DNA of 64,000 nt from Bacillota bacterium (GTDB lineage Bacteria > Bacillota > Limnochordia > DTU087): contig JAAZMR010000046.1 in assembly GCA_012798695.1 (NCBI GenBank), forward strand, positions 2,316 through 66,315, written 5' to 3'. Under the pieces are notes generated by a model that worked only from the letters and a program-made list of their open reading frames with translations, made no database searches and was not told the DNA's origin. The position numbers and the translations under genes were made by a program. Positions within the stretch are counted from its first letter, which is position 1. Each line of letters starts with the position of its first letter. Of this stretch, positions 31,156 to 39,192 are shown piece after piece.

Positions 31156-31213
31156 TTATCTATTGAACCAATATCCATAATTGGTCAAGTCACGTATGGT
31201 GCCTGATAGTGAG

Positions 31214-32218
31214 CTATCGATCCACGAAATACTGTCTGGCGTTACGATGGTAGAGCTTCTCTAGAATATCAGAGCTTAATCCGACCCCATTCATCTTCCC
31301 ATTCGGCGGGCGAGATGGGCTGGCCATTTCTTCGCCTGTTGTCTCGAAATATGCCCGATACTTATGCCAAGTGGACTGGGCGTGCCTTGCTCTTTCTGCT
31401 GGGATAGGATACTTGAAGGCGAGATCGGTCGCAAATAAGATCCGATCCTGAAATTCAGTAAATATATCGGTTATGTAAGATGGATCATGCTCCCCGATAT
31501 CCGCTAGCCTGGCTGCGATATCTATGACGTAATGTGGGTGTTGTCGCATCAGGTCGGCTGTGTAATCGATTTCCTCTACTGCGCAACCGAAGTGAGCACC
31601 GACAATAGTCCCCTTTCGATGGCGGGCTATGACACGCTCCAATTGCTTGATTATCTGCCACCATCCATATGGGTATCTCTCTCGATCCCCAAACCACCAA
31701 TGGGGATGAGTCTGCAAGGTGTCCCAGCGCGGATTATCGGGAGTCAAAGCCTCAAAGAAAGCTTGAGGGTCTGCTACATGAAAGCATAGAATACACCCTA
31801 GTTCCTGGGCATATTCAAGTAAAGGAGCCAGCCGCTCATCATCGACCGTAACTACCTTTCCTTCATTGTCCACGACCTGCAGCCCTAATGTTTTCCAGAG
31901 CTTGACACCGATGGCCCCGGCCTCCACATGGCGGGCCAGAGTGTTTTTCTCCCGTTCCAGCCATCCCTCTGTCCCAAATCCTTCAAAGTTAATCCCACAG
32001 AAAGGTATAAATCTGCCAGGGAATTTACTAAAGGCCTCCAACTTCTCTCCCAGTGTAAAGGGGCCGGGAAAATCCTTCTCCAGAAGGGGTATAGATAAAG
32101 ATGGAGTCATGTCTACCATTGCTTCGATGTTGTTACTGTCCATAATTCGAACTACCTGCTCAACACTAGCAGGTGATACGTGCATATGGGCATCGATAAT
32201 TGGAATGTTAGCTCGCAT
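31214..32218 (-). CDS. Amidohydrolase-2 (TIM-barrel metal-dependent hydrolase) family protein
   Basis: N-terminal ..IIDAHMHV.. HxH metal motif and the characteristic downstream His/Asp positions. Its start lies only 6 nt after the fliD stop. Confidence 0.8.
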   Translation of the reverse strand: MRANIPIIDAHMHVSPASVEQVVRIMDSNNIEAMVDMTPSLSIPLLEKDFPGPFTLGEKLEAFSKFPGRFIPFCGINFEGFGTEGWLEREKNTLARHVEAGAIGVKLWKTLGLQVVDNEGKVVTVDDERLAPLLEYAQELGCILCFHVADPQAFFEALTPDNPRWDTLQTHPHWWFGDRERYPYGWWQIIKQLERVIARHRKGTIVGAHFGCAVEEIDYTADLMRQHPHYVIDIAARLADIGEHDPSYITDIFTEFQDRILFATDLAFKYPIPAERARHAQSTWHKYRAYFETTGEEMASPSRPPNGKMNGVGLSSDILEKLYHRNARQYFVDR

Positions 32219-32224
32219 TGTGAC

Positions 32225-33613
32225 CTATCTCTTTCTATTGGTATTTGTCCAACTGGAAAGCTGGGTCAGCTGCAGCTCCAGCCAATCGCTTTGGCTCTGA
32301 AAACCAGCTAGAGCTGATTCCAGAGCAGTAAACTGGGTCACCAGACTCTCCTCTTTGCGGGCAATTCTGTCTTCCAGTCTTTCAATCTGCCGGTCAATGT
32401 CTCTCATCATGCGACCGATGGACTCTTGCTTCTCAGCTAGAATACCTGTGCCATATTGGACATAATCTTGGATGAAATCCTTGACATGGGTGGCCTTCTT
32501 GTTAAAGAAAGCCGTCACTGCTTCTGGCTTCGCTTGAAGGGCTTCCCGGAGCTTAGTTTCATCAATCTGCAAAATGCCCTCTTTGTTGGTTGTGATTCCC
32601 AATACGGCCAGTTGATTGTATTCTGATTCAATATCTACAGAGGATGTGGTTTGGAATCGAAGGGCTTCCCGCAACCGATAGGCAGTACCATCACCCTGTA
32701 GGGTACCGGTAGATTCAATACTACCGGCTTCGGTCATGGTGACTTTGGTCTTCTCAGCCAGAAAGCTGATCACACTATTATACTGTTCCACGAATGCTCG
32801 GATCTTGCTAACTGCTAAGTCAACATCTTGCGTAACCGTGACCTGAACAGTGCCGGCCTCCTTCAAGTTAAAGGTCACACCCTGGACTACATCTTTGACA
32901 GTATTTGATGTACTGCTCAGCTCAATGCCATTGATCGTGAACTGGGCATCTTGAGCAGTCTGAATTGTGTGCATGCCGGTAAGATTACCATCCTCATCCA
33001 CCCCGGTGCCCAGCTGGAGCTGTTCTACCAAAAACTCCGCCCGGCCATTTAGCTGAATCTGATGGTCAGTTCCAGTATCTGTGCCATCCAGGACCAACCT
33101 GCCGCCAATCACAGCAGCCTTGACATCAGCCTTGGCATCATTGATCGCTTTGACAATGGCTTGCAGATCTGAGCCAGATTCTATGGTAATCTCTGTAGTC
33201 TGTTGACTGTCTCCTTCACCCACGATAATCTCAAAAACTTCATCTCCCGCTGTGTAGACAAGCTCCCCTACTTCCCCCCTGGATGCCACTCTATGGGCCA
33301 AGGCCAGATCGGTGATCTTGATTTCATAAACTCCCTCTGCTGCCTGGTTTCCCGCTGCAGCAGTCACCAGCTGATCATCACCGGAGGCAGCGATCCTGCC
33401 CTGAAAAGTAGATGAAAACCTTAGATCGGTCAATCGGGTATCCAGTGCTGAGAGACGGGTATTTACATCCCGCCAAGCGTCCTGCCTTTGCTTATAGACA
33501 TCTTTCCGCTGCGTCATGCGGGTAAGGGGGATTCGCTCCAAATCAAGCATTTTCTCGATAATCACATTATAATCCATGCCGGAGGATAACCCCATGATCT
33601 GTATCCCTGCCAT
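32225..33613 (-). CDS. fliD: Flagellar filament capping protein FliD (hook-associated protein 2)
   Basis: FliD N-terminal coiled-coil signature (MAGIQIMGLSSGMDYNVIIEKMLDLERIPLTRMTQ...) and C-terminal domain. RBS GAGAGGTGA. Confidence 0.9.
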   Translation of the reverse strand: MAGIQIMGLSSGMDYNVIIEKMLDLERIPLTRMTQRKDVYKQRQDAWRDVNTRLSALDTRLTDLRFSSTFQGRIAASGDDQLVTAAAGNQAAEGVYEIKITDLALAHRVASRGEVGELVYTAGDEVFEIIVGEGDSQQTTEITIESGSDLQAIVKAINDAKADVKAAVIGGRLVLDGTDTGTDHQIQLNGRAEFLVEQLQLGTGVDEDGNLTGMHTIQTAQDAQFTINGIELSSTSNTVKDVVQGVTFNLKEAGTVQVTVTQDVDLAVSKIRAFVEQYNSVISFLAEKTKVTMTEAGSIESTGTLQGDGTAYRLREALRFQTTSSVDIESEYNQLAVLGITTNKEGILQIDETKLREALQAKPEAVTAFFNKKATHVKDFIQDYVQYGTGILAEKQESIGRMMRDIDRQIERLEDRIARKEESLVTQFTALESALAGFQSQSDWLELQLTQLSSWTNTNRKR

Positions 33614-33675
33614 ACGCTATTCACCTCTCTATCAGGACTTTGCCTAACCTGTCTTTCGATACTTGCATACACTTC

Positions 33676-33702
33676 CCTCTTATACATATCGGCAATAATG
33701 GC
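33676..33702 (-). promoter_or_regulatory. Sigma-D (sigma-28)-type promoter upstream of fliD
   Basis: On the minus strand: TTAA-N15-GCCGATAT, a perfect match to the B. subtilis sigma-D -10 consensus GCCGATAT. It lies about 60 nt before the fliD ATG. Confidence 0.55.
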
Positions 33703-33718
33703 CAATACTTAAGCCCAG

Positions 33719-34753
33719 CTAGTCCTCAATCTGGGGATTAGCGTCCATAATCGCTTCTGCCACCTCCAAGACACGGGGCAGCAGTGCCTTCGTCTGCTCA
33801 CGACGCTGCTTGAGATCAGCAAAGCAGGTGATACCCAGATCCAGAAGCAGCTGTCGGTAACCACGACTGGCCCATTCGTATACCTCTGTTGGTGCATCAT
33901 AGAGAAATACCTTTTGACATCGGGAATAGGTAGCTGCTATCCAGAATATCGCCTCTCGATGATAGCCGCTTTCAATCATCTCCCAGCTCCCATCAATGGC
34001 AATGGGGCGGCCAACTTCGCTAATATCTGAGCTGAAGAAAAAAGGGGTCTTAATCACCGTCTTGGCCTGGTCGAATACGTCAGTCAGTGCCTCAAGATGA
34101 TGGGCAACACGTGCTCGCTCCATTTGGGTACAACCCAAAAGATCAAGTAATGATTCATAGAAAGGCAAATGCCCATAATCTGCCAGAAGCTTGTGGGTCT
34201 CTACATATCGCCGTCGAACTGTGGGGTTGCGCAAACCAGCTACCAGCAAAACGTGTGTTGTGATTCCGGCCGGGAACAGCCAGGCATTCACTTGATCATG
34301 TAAGGGAACAGTCTCATCCAACCGAGCGCTTAGAATCTTATCTCGGGCATGCAGACAACGTCTGTATACCCACTTGCGTTTTGCATAAGCTCTGGAAACA
34401 GCCGCCTGGAGTCTGGCCAGCTCGGCCCCTGGATCTAAGAGGAGATCCGCTGCCTGAAAACTGCCCGCTAGATGGTACTGGCTCAACACCATCTCCGGTG
34501 ATTCCATCTCAGCCTTCGGCAAAAACGATACTTCCAGCAGAACATCCTGGTAAAAAAACTTGCCGAATTTGTTGGGTAGGTCAGACCCCTCCAATACAAG
34601 CATCACATCTACATCCGAATGGGCTGGGAAAAGGGCATCATCAGGCAGCCAATTGATCGAACCATGAAGAAAGGCCCCACAAAACCCCGGTGTCTTGACC
34701 CCCTCTTGGATCACCCACTGTCGAGCAACATCCTTGGCATACCCAGCCAGCAT
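33719..34753 (-). CDS. Nucleotidyltransferase-domain protein (ANT/aminoglycoside-adenylyltransferase-like Pol-beta NTase plus C-terminal helical domain)
   Basis: Pol-beta NTase signature hGS-x14-SDVDVmlvl (..FLHGSINWLPDDALFPAHSDVDVMLVLEG..) followed by about 250 aa of helical domain. Start moved to the ATG at 34753 with GAAGGAGG 8 nt upstream. Confidence 0.7.
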   Translation of the reverse strand: MLAGYAKDVARQWVIQEGVKTPGFCGAFLHGSINWLPDDALFPAHSDVDVMLVLEGSDLPNKFGKFFYQDVLLEVSFLPKAEMESPEMVLSQYHLAGSFQAADLLLDPGAELARLQAAVSRAYAKRKWVYRRCLHARDKILSARLDETVPLHDQVNAWLFPAGITTHVLLVAGLRNPTVRRRYVETHKLLADYGHLPFYESLLDLLGCTQMERARVAHHLEALTDVFDQAKTVIKTPFFFSSDISEVGRPIAIDGSWEMIESGYHREAIFWIAATYSRCQKVFLYDAPTEVYEWASRGYRQLLLDLGITCFADLKQRREQTKALLPRVLEVAEAIMDANPQIED

Positions 34754-34939
34754 CGATAAGCCTCCTTCTACCTTCACCAACCATTACCAGAAACACTCTA
34801 CCCCCAACAGAAGAGGGAAACTGTCTCACTATGGCGAACTGATCTTCAGCAAGTTAAGTAGCATAAGGTGGGGGTAACCTCGTATGCTATGTACTAGAGT
34901 GTGGCATACTCCAAGCAGGCCATAACTGGAGGAATAGAT

Positions 34940-35413
34940 ATGTCGGCAACTGGAGATGCACTCAGCAGAGGCATCGTATATTACCGACAAACGAAGGAAG
35001 TAGTAGCCTATAGCGAAGATCTCCATGTCTGGGTGTATTATGACCAGACTGATGATATCTTGCGCTATGAGGCTTATGTGATAGATTATGATGATGCGGG
35101 AAGCCCCTCTACCCTCGCCTTTGTGATCGATGATGGGATACTATCCTGGGCAAGCCCCTTAGGCCAATACTTAACCAAAAAAAGTGTTCGCTCCCCAGGG
35201 GCAAAACAAAGCCTTTGGGCGATCCCCCGTCATACCAGAAGCACGCTGGCAGCACCTGAGCTCAACCTCTATCTCCAGTTATCCGAGAAGGAGATCCATG
35301 CCATTCATCGCCTCTTCGCTTCCGAAGAATCACGCCTCAAGGCCAAACACCGCTCTACATGGGTAAGGCGTCTGCAGGCTCTGGGGTATGATGTAATCCC
35401 TTCCGCTTTCTGA
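34940..35413 (+). CDS. Hypothetical protein (157 aa), opposite strand inside the flagellar region
   Basis: ATG at 34940 has GGAGG 7 nt upstream. No recognisable motif. Convergent with fliS and divergent from the NTase gene. Confidence 0.5.
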   Translation: MSATGDALSRGIVYYRQTKEVVAYSEDLHVWVYYDQTDDILRYEAYVIDYDDAGSPSTLAFVIDDGILSWASPLGQYLTKKSVRSPGAKQSLWAIPRHTRSTLAAPELNLYLQLSEKEIHAIHRLFASEESRLKAKHRSTWVRRLQALGYDVIPSAF

Positions 35414-35494
35414 TAGGCTGTGGATTTTGCGGGACTAGCCAACCCCTAGGATGGCCATGCAACGACGAAATACCTCTACTGTATAGCTGAATCC

Positions 35495-35917
35495 TTACTT
35501 GATCACATCCAGGCCCCCACTGGCACCGGGGTTTGGCTGCTGTGCCGCTTTGGACGCTTCTAACCATACCTCCCGCAGTTCTTGCAGCATACCGACTATC
35601 TCTATGACAAGCTCCTTGTCCTTCTTGATATTTGCCTCAATCAAGCGTCGCCGCATATAGTCATATAACTGGTAAAGCCCTTGGGCGATTTCCCCTCCTG
35701 CCGAAAAATCTAAGGAGATGATCAACTCATCGAGGATATCCTGACCCCTTAGCAGGGCTTGATGAGCCAACTCCCCTTCACCACTATCCAAATGCATTTC
35801 GGCTAGTTTACACCACTTGATAGCACCATCATATAAAAGCAATAATAGATCCGCCGGTGAGGCGGTCTTGATCTGAGTAGTGCGATATGCCTGGTATGCT
35901 CCTGTCGGTAGTGCCAT
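35495..35917 (-). CDS. fliS: Flagellar export chaperone FliS
   Basis: ..GAYQAYRTTQIKTASPADLLLLLYDGAIKW.. FliS signature. Start at the ATG with GGGAGGGG 5 nt upstream. Confidence 0.9.
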   Translation of the reverse strand: MALPTGAYQAYRTTQIKTASPADLLLLLYDGAIKWCKLAEMHLDSGEGELAHQALLRGQDILDELIISLDFSAGGEIAQGLYQLYDYMRRRLIEANIKKDKELVIEIVGMLQELREVWLEASKAAQQPNPGASGGLDVIK

Positions 35918-35954
35918 CGCTACCCCTCCCATATCATCCCTGGTCAAACCAACC

Positions 35955-36191
35955 CTATGAGTTTATAGTATTGGACCCGAGAACGTCATTGAGATAATAA
36001 CCGCCTCCCCGCCCCCGCCGCGCCCTGACCAAGTTCAAACCTTGTAACAAAGCGGTCATCTCCCGAACATAGGAAGCGCTGACGTTCAAAGCATCTCCGA
36101 TTTCCTGTGACTTGACCGGATAAGCATAACTAGAGTCTTTCTGTCTTAGGATACGGAGTATCTCCTCATGGATTGGAGTAAGCTCCGCCAT
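35955..36191 (-). CDS. Small winged-helix DNA-binding protein (Rrf2-like HTH without the Fe-S sensing C-terminal part)
   Basis: 78-81 aa. ..SQEIGDALNVSASYVREMTALLQGLNLVRARRGRGGGYYL.. matches the Rrf2/BadM wing motif (R-G-x-GGGY-x-L), but the protein ends about 60 aa earlier than a true Rrf2. Confidence 0.55.
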   Translation of the reverse strand: MAELTPIHEEILRILRQKDSSYAYPVKSQEIGDALNVSASYVREMTALLQGLNLVRARRGRGGGYYLNDVLGSNTINS

Positions 36192-36227
36192 ATTAAACAC
36201 CTGCCGACACCCACGAGCAGTGACACC

Positions 36228-36614
36228 TCAGACCCGCTCATCAACAAATACCCCGAGAAGGGCATCGATCTTGGCCATAACATCCAAGATATATTCTGGT
36301 GGAATTTGCCTGATAACTTCTCCACTCTTTTTGTTGATCACTTCCACCACGATCTGTTCTGTATCCTCGTGGATTCTAAAATGCAACCCCTTATCAAATA
36401 TGTCAACTGCAGCGTTCAAATGTGCAACCGCGTCCACAATCTCCTCTGGTGAACTGCCGACTAGCTTCCAAGATGTTGTTGTATCTTCGGGATTGCCGGT
36501 GCCCTCAGAAAGACCCCCTTCCCCTTGAATCATATAGGGCCTTCGCCCCCGCACTACCTCTAAAGAATAATCTGCCGGTTTCCTGCTAACAGGACTAATA
36601 CCTTTTACCGACAT
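36228..36614 (-). CDS. flaG: Flagellar protein FlaG
   Basis: C-terminal FlaG signature ..HFRIHEDTEQIVVEVINKKSGEVIRQIPPEYILDV... Start set at MSVKGIS (36614). The longer track ORF overlaps the promoter below. Confidence 0.8.
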   Translation of the reverse strand: MSVKGISPVSRKPADYSLEVVRGRRPYMIQGEGGLSEGTGNPEDTTTSWKLVGSSPEEIVDAVAHLNAAVDIFDKGLHFRIHEDTEQIVVEVINKKSGEVIRQIPPEYILDVMAKIDALLGVFVDERV

Positions 36615-36699
36615 CCCGTCACCCCCACTATGTGCCGCGATGCTTCTGGAACGCTTAGGTTCAAACCAAACAACCAACCCAACTTCTTCTCCACCAATA

Positions 36700-36727
36700 G
36701 TATCGGCAGATGGCCAGGAAATCTTTA
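36700..36727 (-). promoter_or_regulatory. Sigma-D-type promoter upstream of flaG
   Basis: Minus strand TAAA-N16-GCCGATAC (7/8 match to GCCGATAT), about 85 nt before the flaG start. Confidence 0.5.
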
Positions 36728-36770
36728 GCTCAACCCCCAAGGTGAAGCTGGCGCAACTACCCTTTACAGC

Positions 36771-36800
36771 AAAAAACCGGCAACTTCATGTTCCCGGTGA
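36771..36800 (-). terminator. Weak terminator after csrA
   Basis: Minus strand caccgg-N13-ccggt followed by TTTTTT. The stem is short (5 bp). Confidence 0.3.
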
Positions 36801-36849
36801 CACCAATCCCTTATTCTCTTGGAACAAAACCCCCTGGCATGTTCCCAGA

Positions 36850-37104
36850 TCACTCTTTCTTCTTTGCATCAACGTTTTTCTTAAGCATGTCTGTGAGCTG
36901 ATCCAAATCTACTGCTCGGCTGGACATGGCGGCTCTTAGATTTTCGGCCTGTATTTCCCGATAGATCTCTTCACGATGTATGGTGATCTCCCGAGGAGCC
37001 TCAATCCCGATTTTCACCTGATCTCCGCGGATATCTACTACGATGATCTTGATATCATCGCCGATGATGATACTTTCATCGATCTTGCGGGTTAACACCA
37101 ACAT
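36850..37104 (-). CDS. csrA: Carbon storage regulator CsrA
   Basis: [48 protein letters not shown] is the canonical CsrA sequence. Confidence 0.95.
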   Translation of the reverse strand: MLVLTRKIDESIIIGDDIKIIVVDIRGDQVKIGIEAPREITIHREEIYREIQAENLRAAMSSRAVDLDQLTDMLKKNVDAKKKE

Positions 37105-37184
37105 GAAAGGTGAGTCCCTCCTTGGACTACAAGGCCCTCCTGATGCTCAAGGCTGTCTGGCTCTAACGGCCCCAGGCCAACTCG

Positions 37185-37619
37185 CTATGCACTCTGACCT
37201 ACTGTCCCAAATACAGGATGACGCATATTGTAATCATGGTCAGTCAACACTACCTGCTTAGCTCTTCGGTTAGAGGGGTTGATGAGCAAAGGTGCCTGCA
37301 GGTTGACTGTCATTTCCTGGGGATTCGCAGGGATAGTGACAATGCTCAAGGCAACTGCCTGGCTGGGCTCTTCGATCTCTATCTCCTGCACCTCATACTT
37401 AGGTACCTCGACCTTGTATTCCTGGACAATAAACCTCGGATCGATTACGACAAAAGTCAGGTCCGGTTCTTCTATGGCCTGCAAAAAACCAAAAGGCCCG
37501 GAACCATCCAGCAGAATGTACTGCTTCACTGCTTCAAAACCTAGTATGCCCCGGGGAAAAGTAATAATCTCGCTATCGGCAACCTCCAATTCACCAAATC
37601 GAGTTGTGGTAACCCTCAT
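37185..37619 (-). CDS. fliW: Flagellar assembly factor FliW
   Basis: ..FPRGILGFEAVKQYILLD.. is FliW. It lies immediately upstream of csrA, as in the FliW-CsrA partner-switch module. Confidence 0.95.
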   Translation of the reverse strand: MRVTTTRFGELEVADSEIITFPRGILGFEAVKQYILLDGSGPFGFLQAIEEPDLTFVVIDPRFIVQEYKVEVPKYEVQEIEIEEPSQAVALSIVTIPANPQEMTVNLQAPLLINPSNRRAKQVVLTDHDYNMRHPVFGTVGQSA

Positions 37620-37686
37620 ACTACCTACCTTCTTTCTAAATCACAGCCTCAAGACCAAGTAATGCTTCACTTACCTGTTCCCACAT

Positions 37687-38250
37687 TCACACCCATAGAT
37701 CGACATTGGCCCCCACTACTTCCATCTGCAGCCATGGTTCCTGCAGCCAGTAGATCTGCAAACTACCGGGATGGTACTCCATCTTGGGGGAACTGGGTTC
37801 TAGATCAATCTCCACTTTCCCCAGATGATACTCAAAAGAAAAACCTTCACCCACTGCTTCGATGCGAGGTCGCCGCTGTGGGGCTGCTTGCACATTTAGC
37901 TCCTTATGCTCTGCGAAGTTCTCCCGGGCAAGTTCGATGATGGGATGGCCTCCCAACTCAATGCGGCCCAACCGGTCTCCCTCCCTGACCGCCCGAGCCA
38001 AACCTTGCTGGAACCTCTCCCAGGATCTAGCGCGTGATTGCCATGCTGCTTGATCGGGTTTGCGCATCCCCAGATCGCCAAAGGCCTCCTTGAGGTCAAT
38101 CTTCACTCTCGGAGACTCTCTCTTAATCTCTAGTTTGCCCAGTTCCTGCCGGATCTCCATATCCGCCGGTTGGCAGCTAATCTGCAGCTGGGCAGGAGTC
38201 TTTTCTATACCTATCAGGCCCAGACGATAGTTGATTCGCAGCTGGAGCAT
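37687..38250 (-). CDS. Hypothetical protein in the conserved flgL-fliW position (YviE-like)
   Basis: 187 aa with no catalytic motif. It occupies the slot of B. subtilis yviE between flgL and fliW. RBS AAGAAAGGAAAG. Confidence 0.6.
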   Translation of the reverse strand: MLQLRINYRLGLIGIEKTPAQLQISCQPADMEIRQELGKLEIKRESPRVKIDLKEAFGDLGMRKPDQAAWQSRARSWERFQQGLARAVREGDRLGRIELGGHPIIELARENFAEHKELNVQAAPQRRPRIEAVGEGFSFEYHLGKVEIDLEPSSPKMEYHPGSLQIYWLQEPWLQMEVVGANVDLWV

Positions 38251-38281
38251 ACCGCTTTCCTTTCTTAAACCAGACTCAATC

Positions 38282-39187
38282 TTACCTTAAGAAATCCATC
38301 AGTGTAGGCTGAATGATGCGAGCGGTAGTGTCAAGAGCGAGGCGGTAGGCATTTTCCTGCATTTTGAACTGCATGATGGCCTCAGCCACATCAATATCTT
38401 CTGTCTTGGATATCAGTGTCTGTAGGTTAATATCCAATCCTTCCAACCGACTCTTCGTAATTTCCAATCTCTTGCTCTTGGCCCCTACCTCAGCCTGAAA
38501 GCGCAACACCTCGGAAATGGCGTCATCAAGTTTGCCTATGGATCCGGAGGAGATATCAGCCGTATTCCCGCTTGCCAGCCGCTCCCGCAGCTCGATCAGG
38601 GCCTCAAAGGCCTCTTGGAACACTGCACTGCCGGGCACATTGATATCCAGCCTGGAGCCAGGGCCCACTTCTATGTTGATTGACGTCAGGCTCCCCTGGT
38701 ATTCTACCTTGGCGATATGGCCATCCTCGTCCAAACCATCATCGCCCATGGCATAGGGTGGCTTAGTCGTCTCTTGCCCACCGAAAATATGGCTCCCGGC
38801 ATAGGTGGAATTAGCTACTTGTACCGCATGGTCTACCAGCTCATTTACCTCTTTGGCCAAAGCGTGCAGCGAGTCTTCTGGCAATGTACCATTCGCACCA
38901 TAGACGGCCAGCTCTCGCCCCCGCTGCAGAATTTGGGTGAGATCAGTCAAGGCTCCATCGGCCGCGGTCAACATCCCTATACCATAATCCGTGTTGGCCG
39001 CATATTGCCTGGTTTCTTCCAGGCCCCGGTTCATTCTCAAAACATTACCGGTTCCGATCGGATCATCAGAGGGAACCAAGAGTTTCTTGCCGGCTGCCAA
39101 CCGCCCACTAAGGTATTCCAGCTGTTCTAGACCCCGATTTAGGCTGGACAGAGAATTTGTTACCAGCATTTTATTGGTTACACGCAC
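38282..39187 (-). CDS. flgL: Flagellar hook-associated protein 3 FlgL
   Basis: Flagellin-like N-terminal (MRVTNKMLVTNSLSSLNRGLEQL...DDPIG) and C-terminal helices. 301 aa. Confidence 0.9.
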   Translation of the reverse strand: MRVTNKMLVTNSLSSLNRGLEQLEYLSGRLAAGKKLLVPSDDPIGTGNVLRMNRGLEETRQYAANTDYGIGMLTAADGALTDLTQILQRGRELAVYGANGTLPEDSLHALAKEVNELVDHAVQVANSTYAGSHIFGGQETTKPPYAMGDDGLDEDGHIAKVEYQGSLTSINIEVGPGSRLDINVPGSAVFQEAFEALIELRERLASGNTADISSGSIGKLDDAISEVLRFQAEVGAKSKRLEITKSRLEGLDINLQTLISKTEDIDVAEAIMQFKMQENAYRLALDTTARIIQPTLMDFLR

Positions 39188-39192
39188 AGTAG

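Noticed and set aside
33719-34753. CBASS cGAS/DncV-like nucleotidyltransferase hypothesis for the NTase
   Set aside because: The active-site spacing (hGS-x14-SDVDV) and helical tail look more ANT-like. No effector, HORMA/TRIP13 or E1/E2-like accessory genes are adjacent.
34781-34940. Possible sigma-D promoter for the NTase gene (TTAA-N15-TTCGCCATAG)
   Set aside because: The -10 element matches only 4/8 of GCCGATAT, so it was not called.
36228-36740. Long N-terminally extended ORF calls, such as FlaG to 36740, FolT to 57514, GH31 to 5091 and the small subunit to 51328
   Set aside because: The extensions lack an SD and overlap predicted regulatory RNA or promoter elements (THF riboswitch, sigma-D promoter, palindrome). 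Internal starts with good SD sequences exist.
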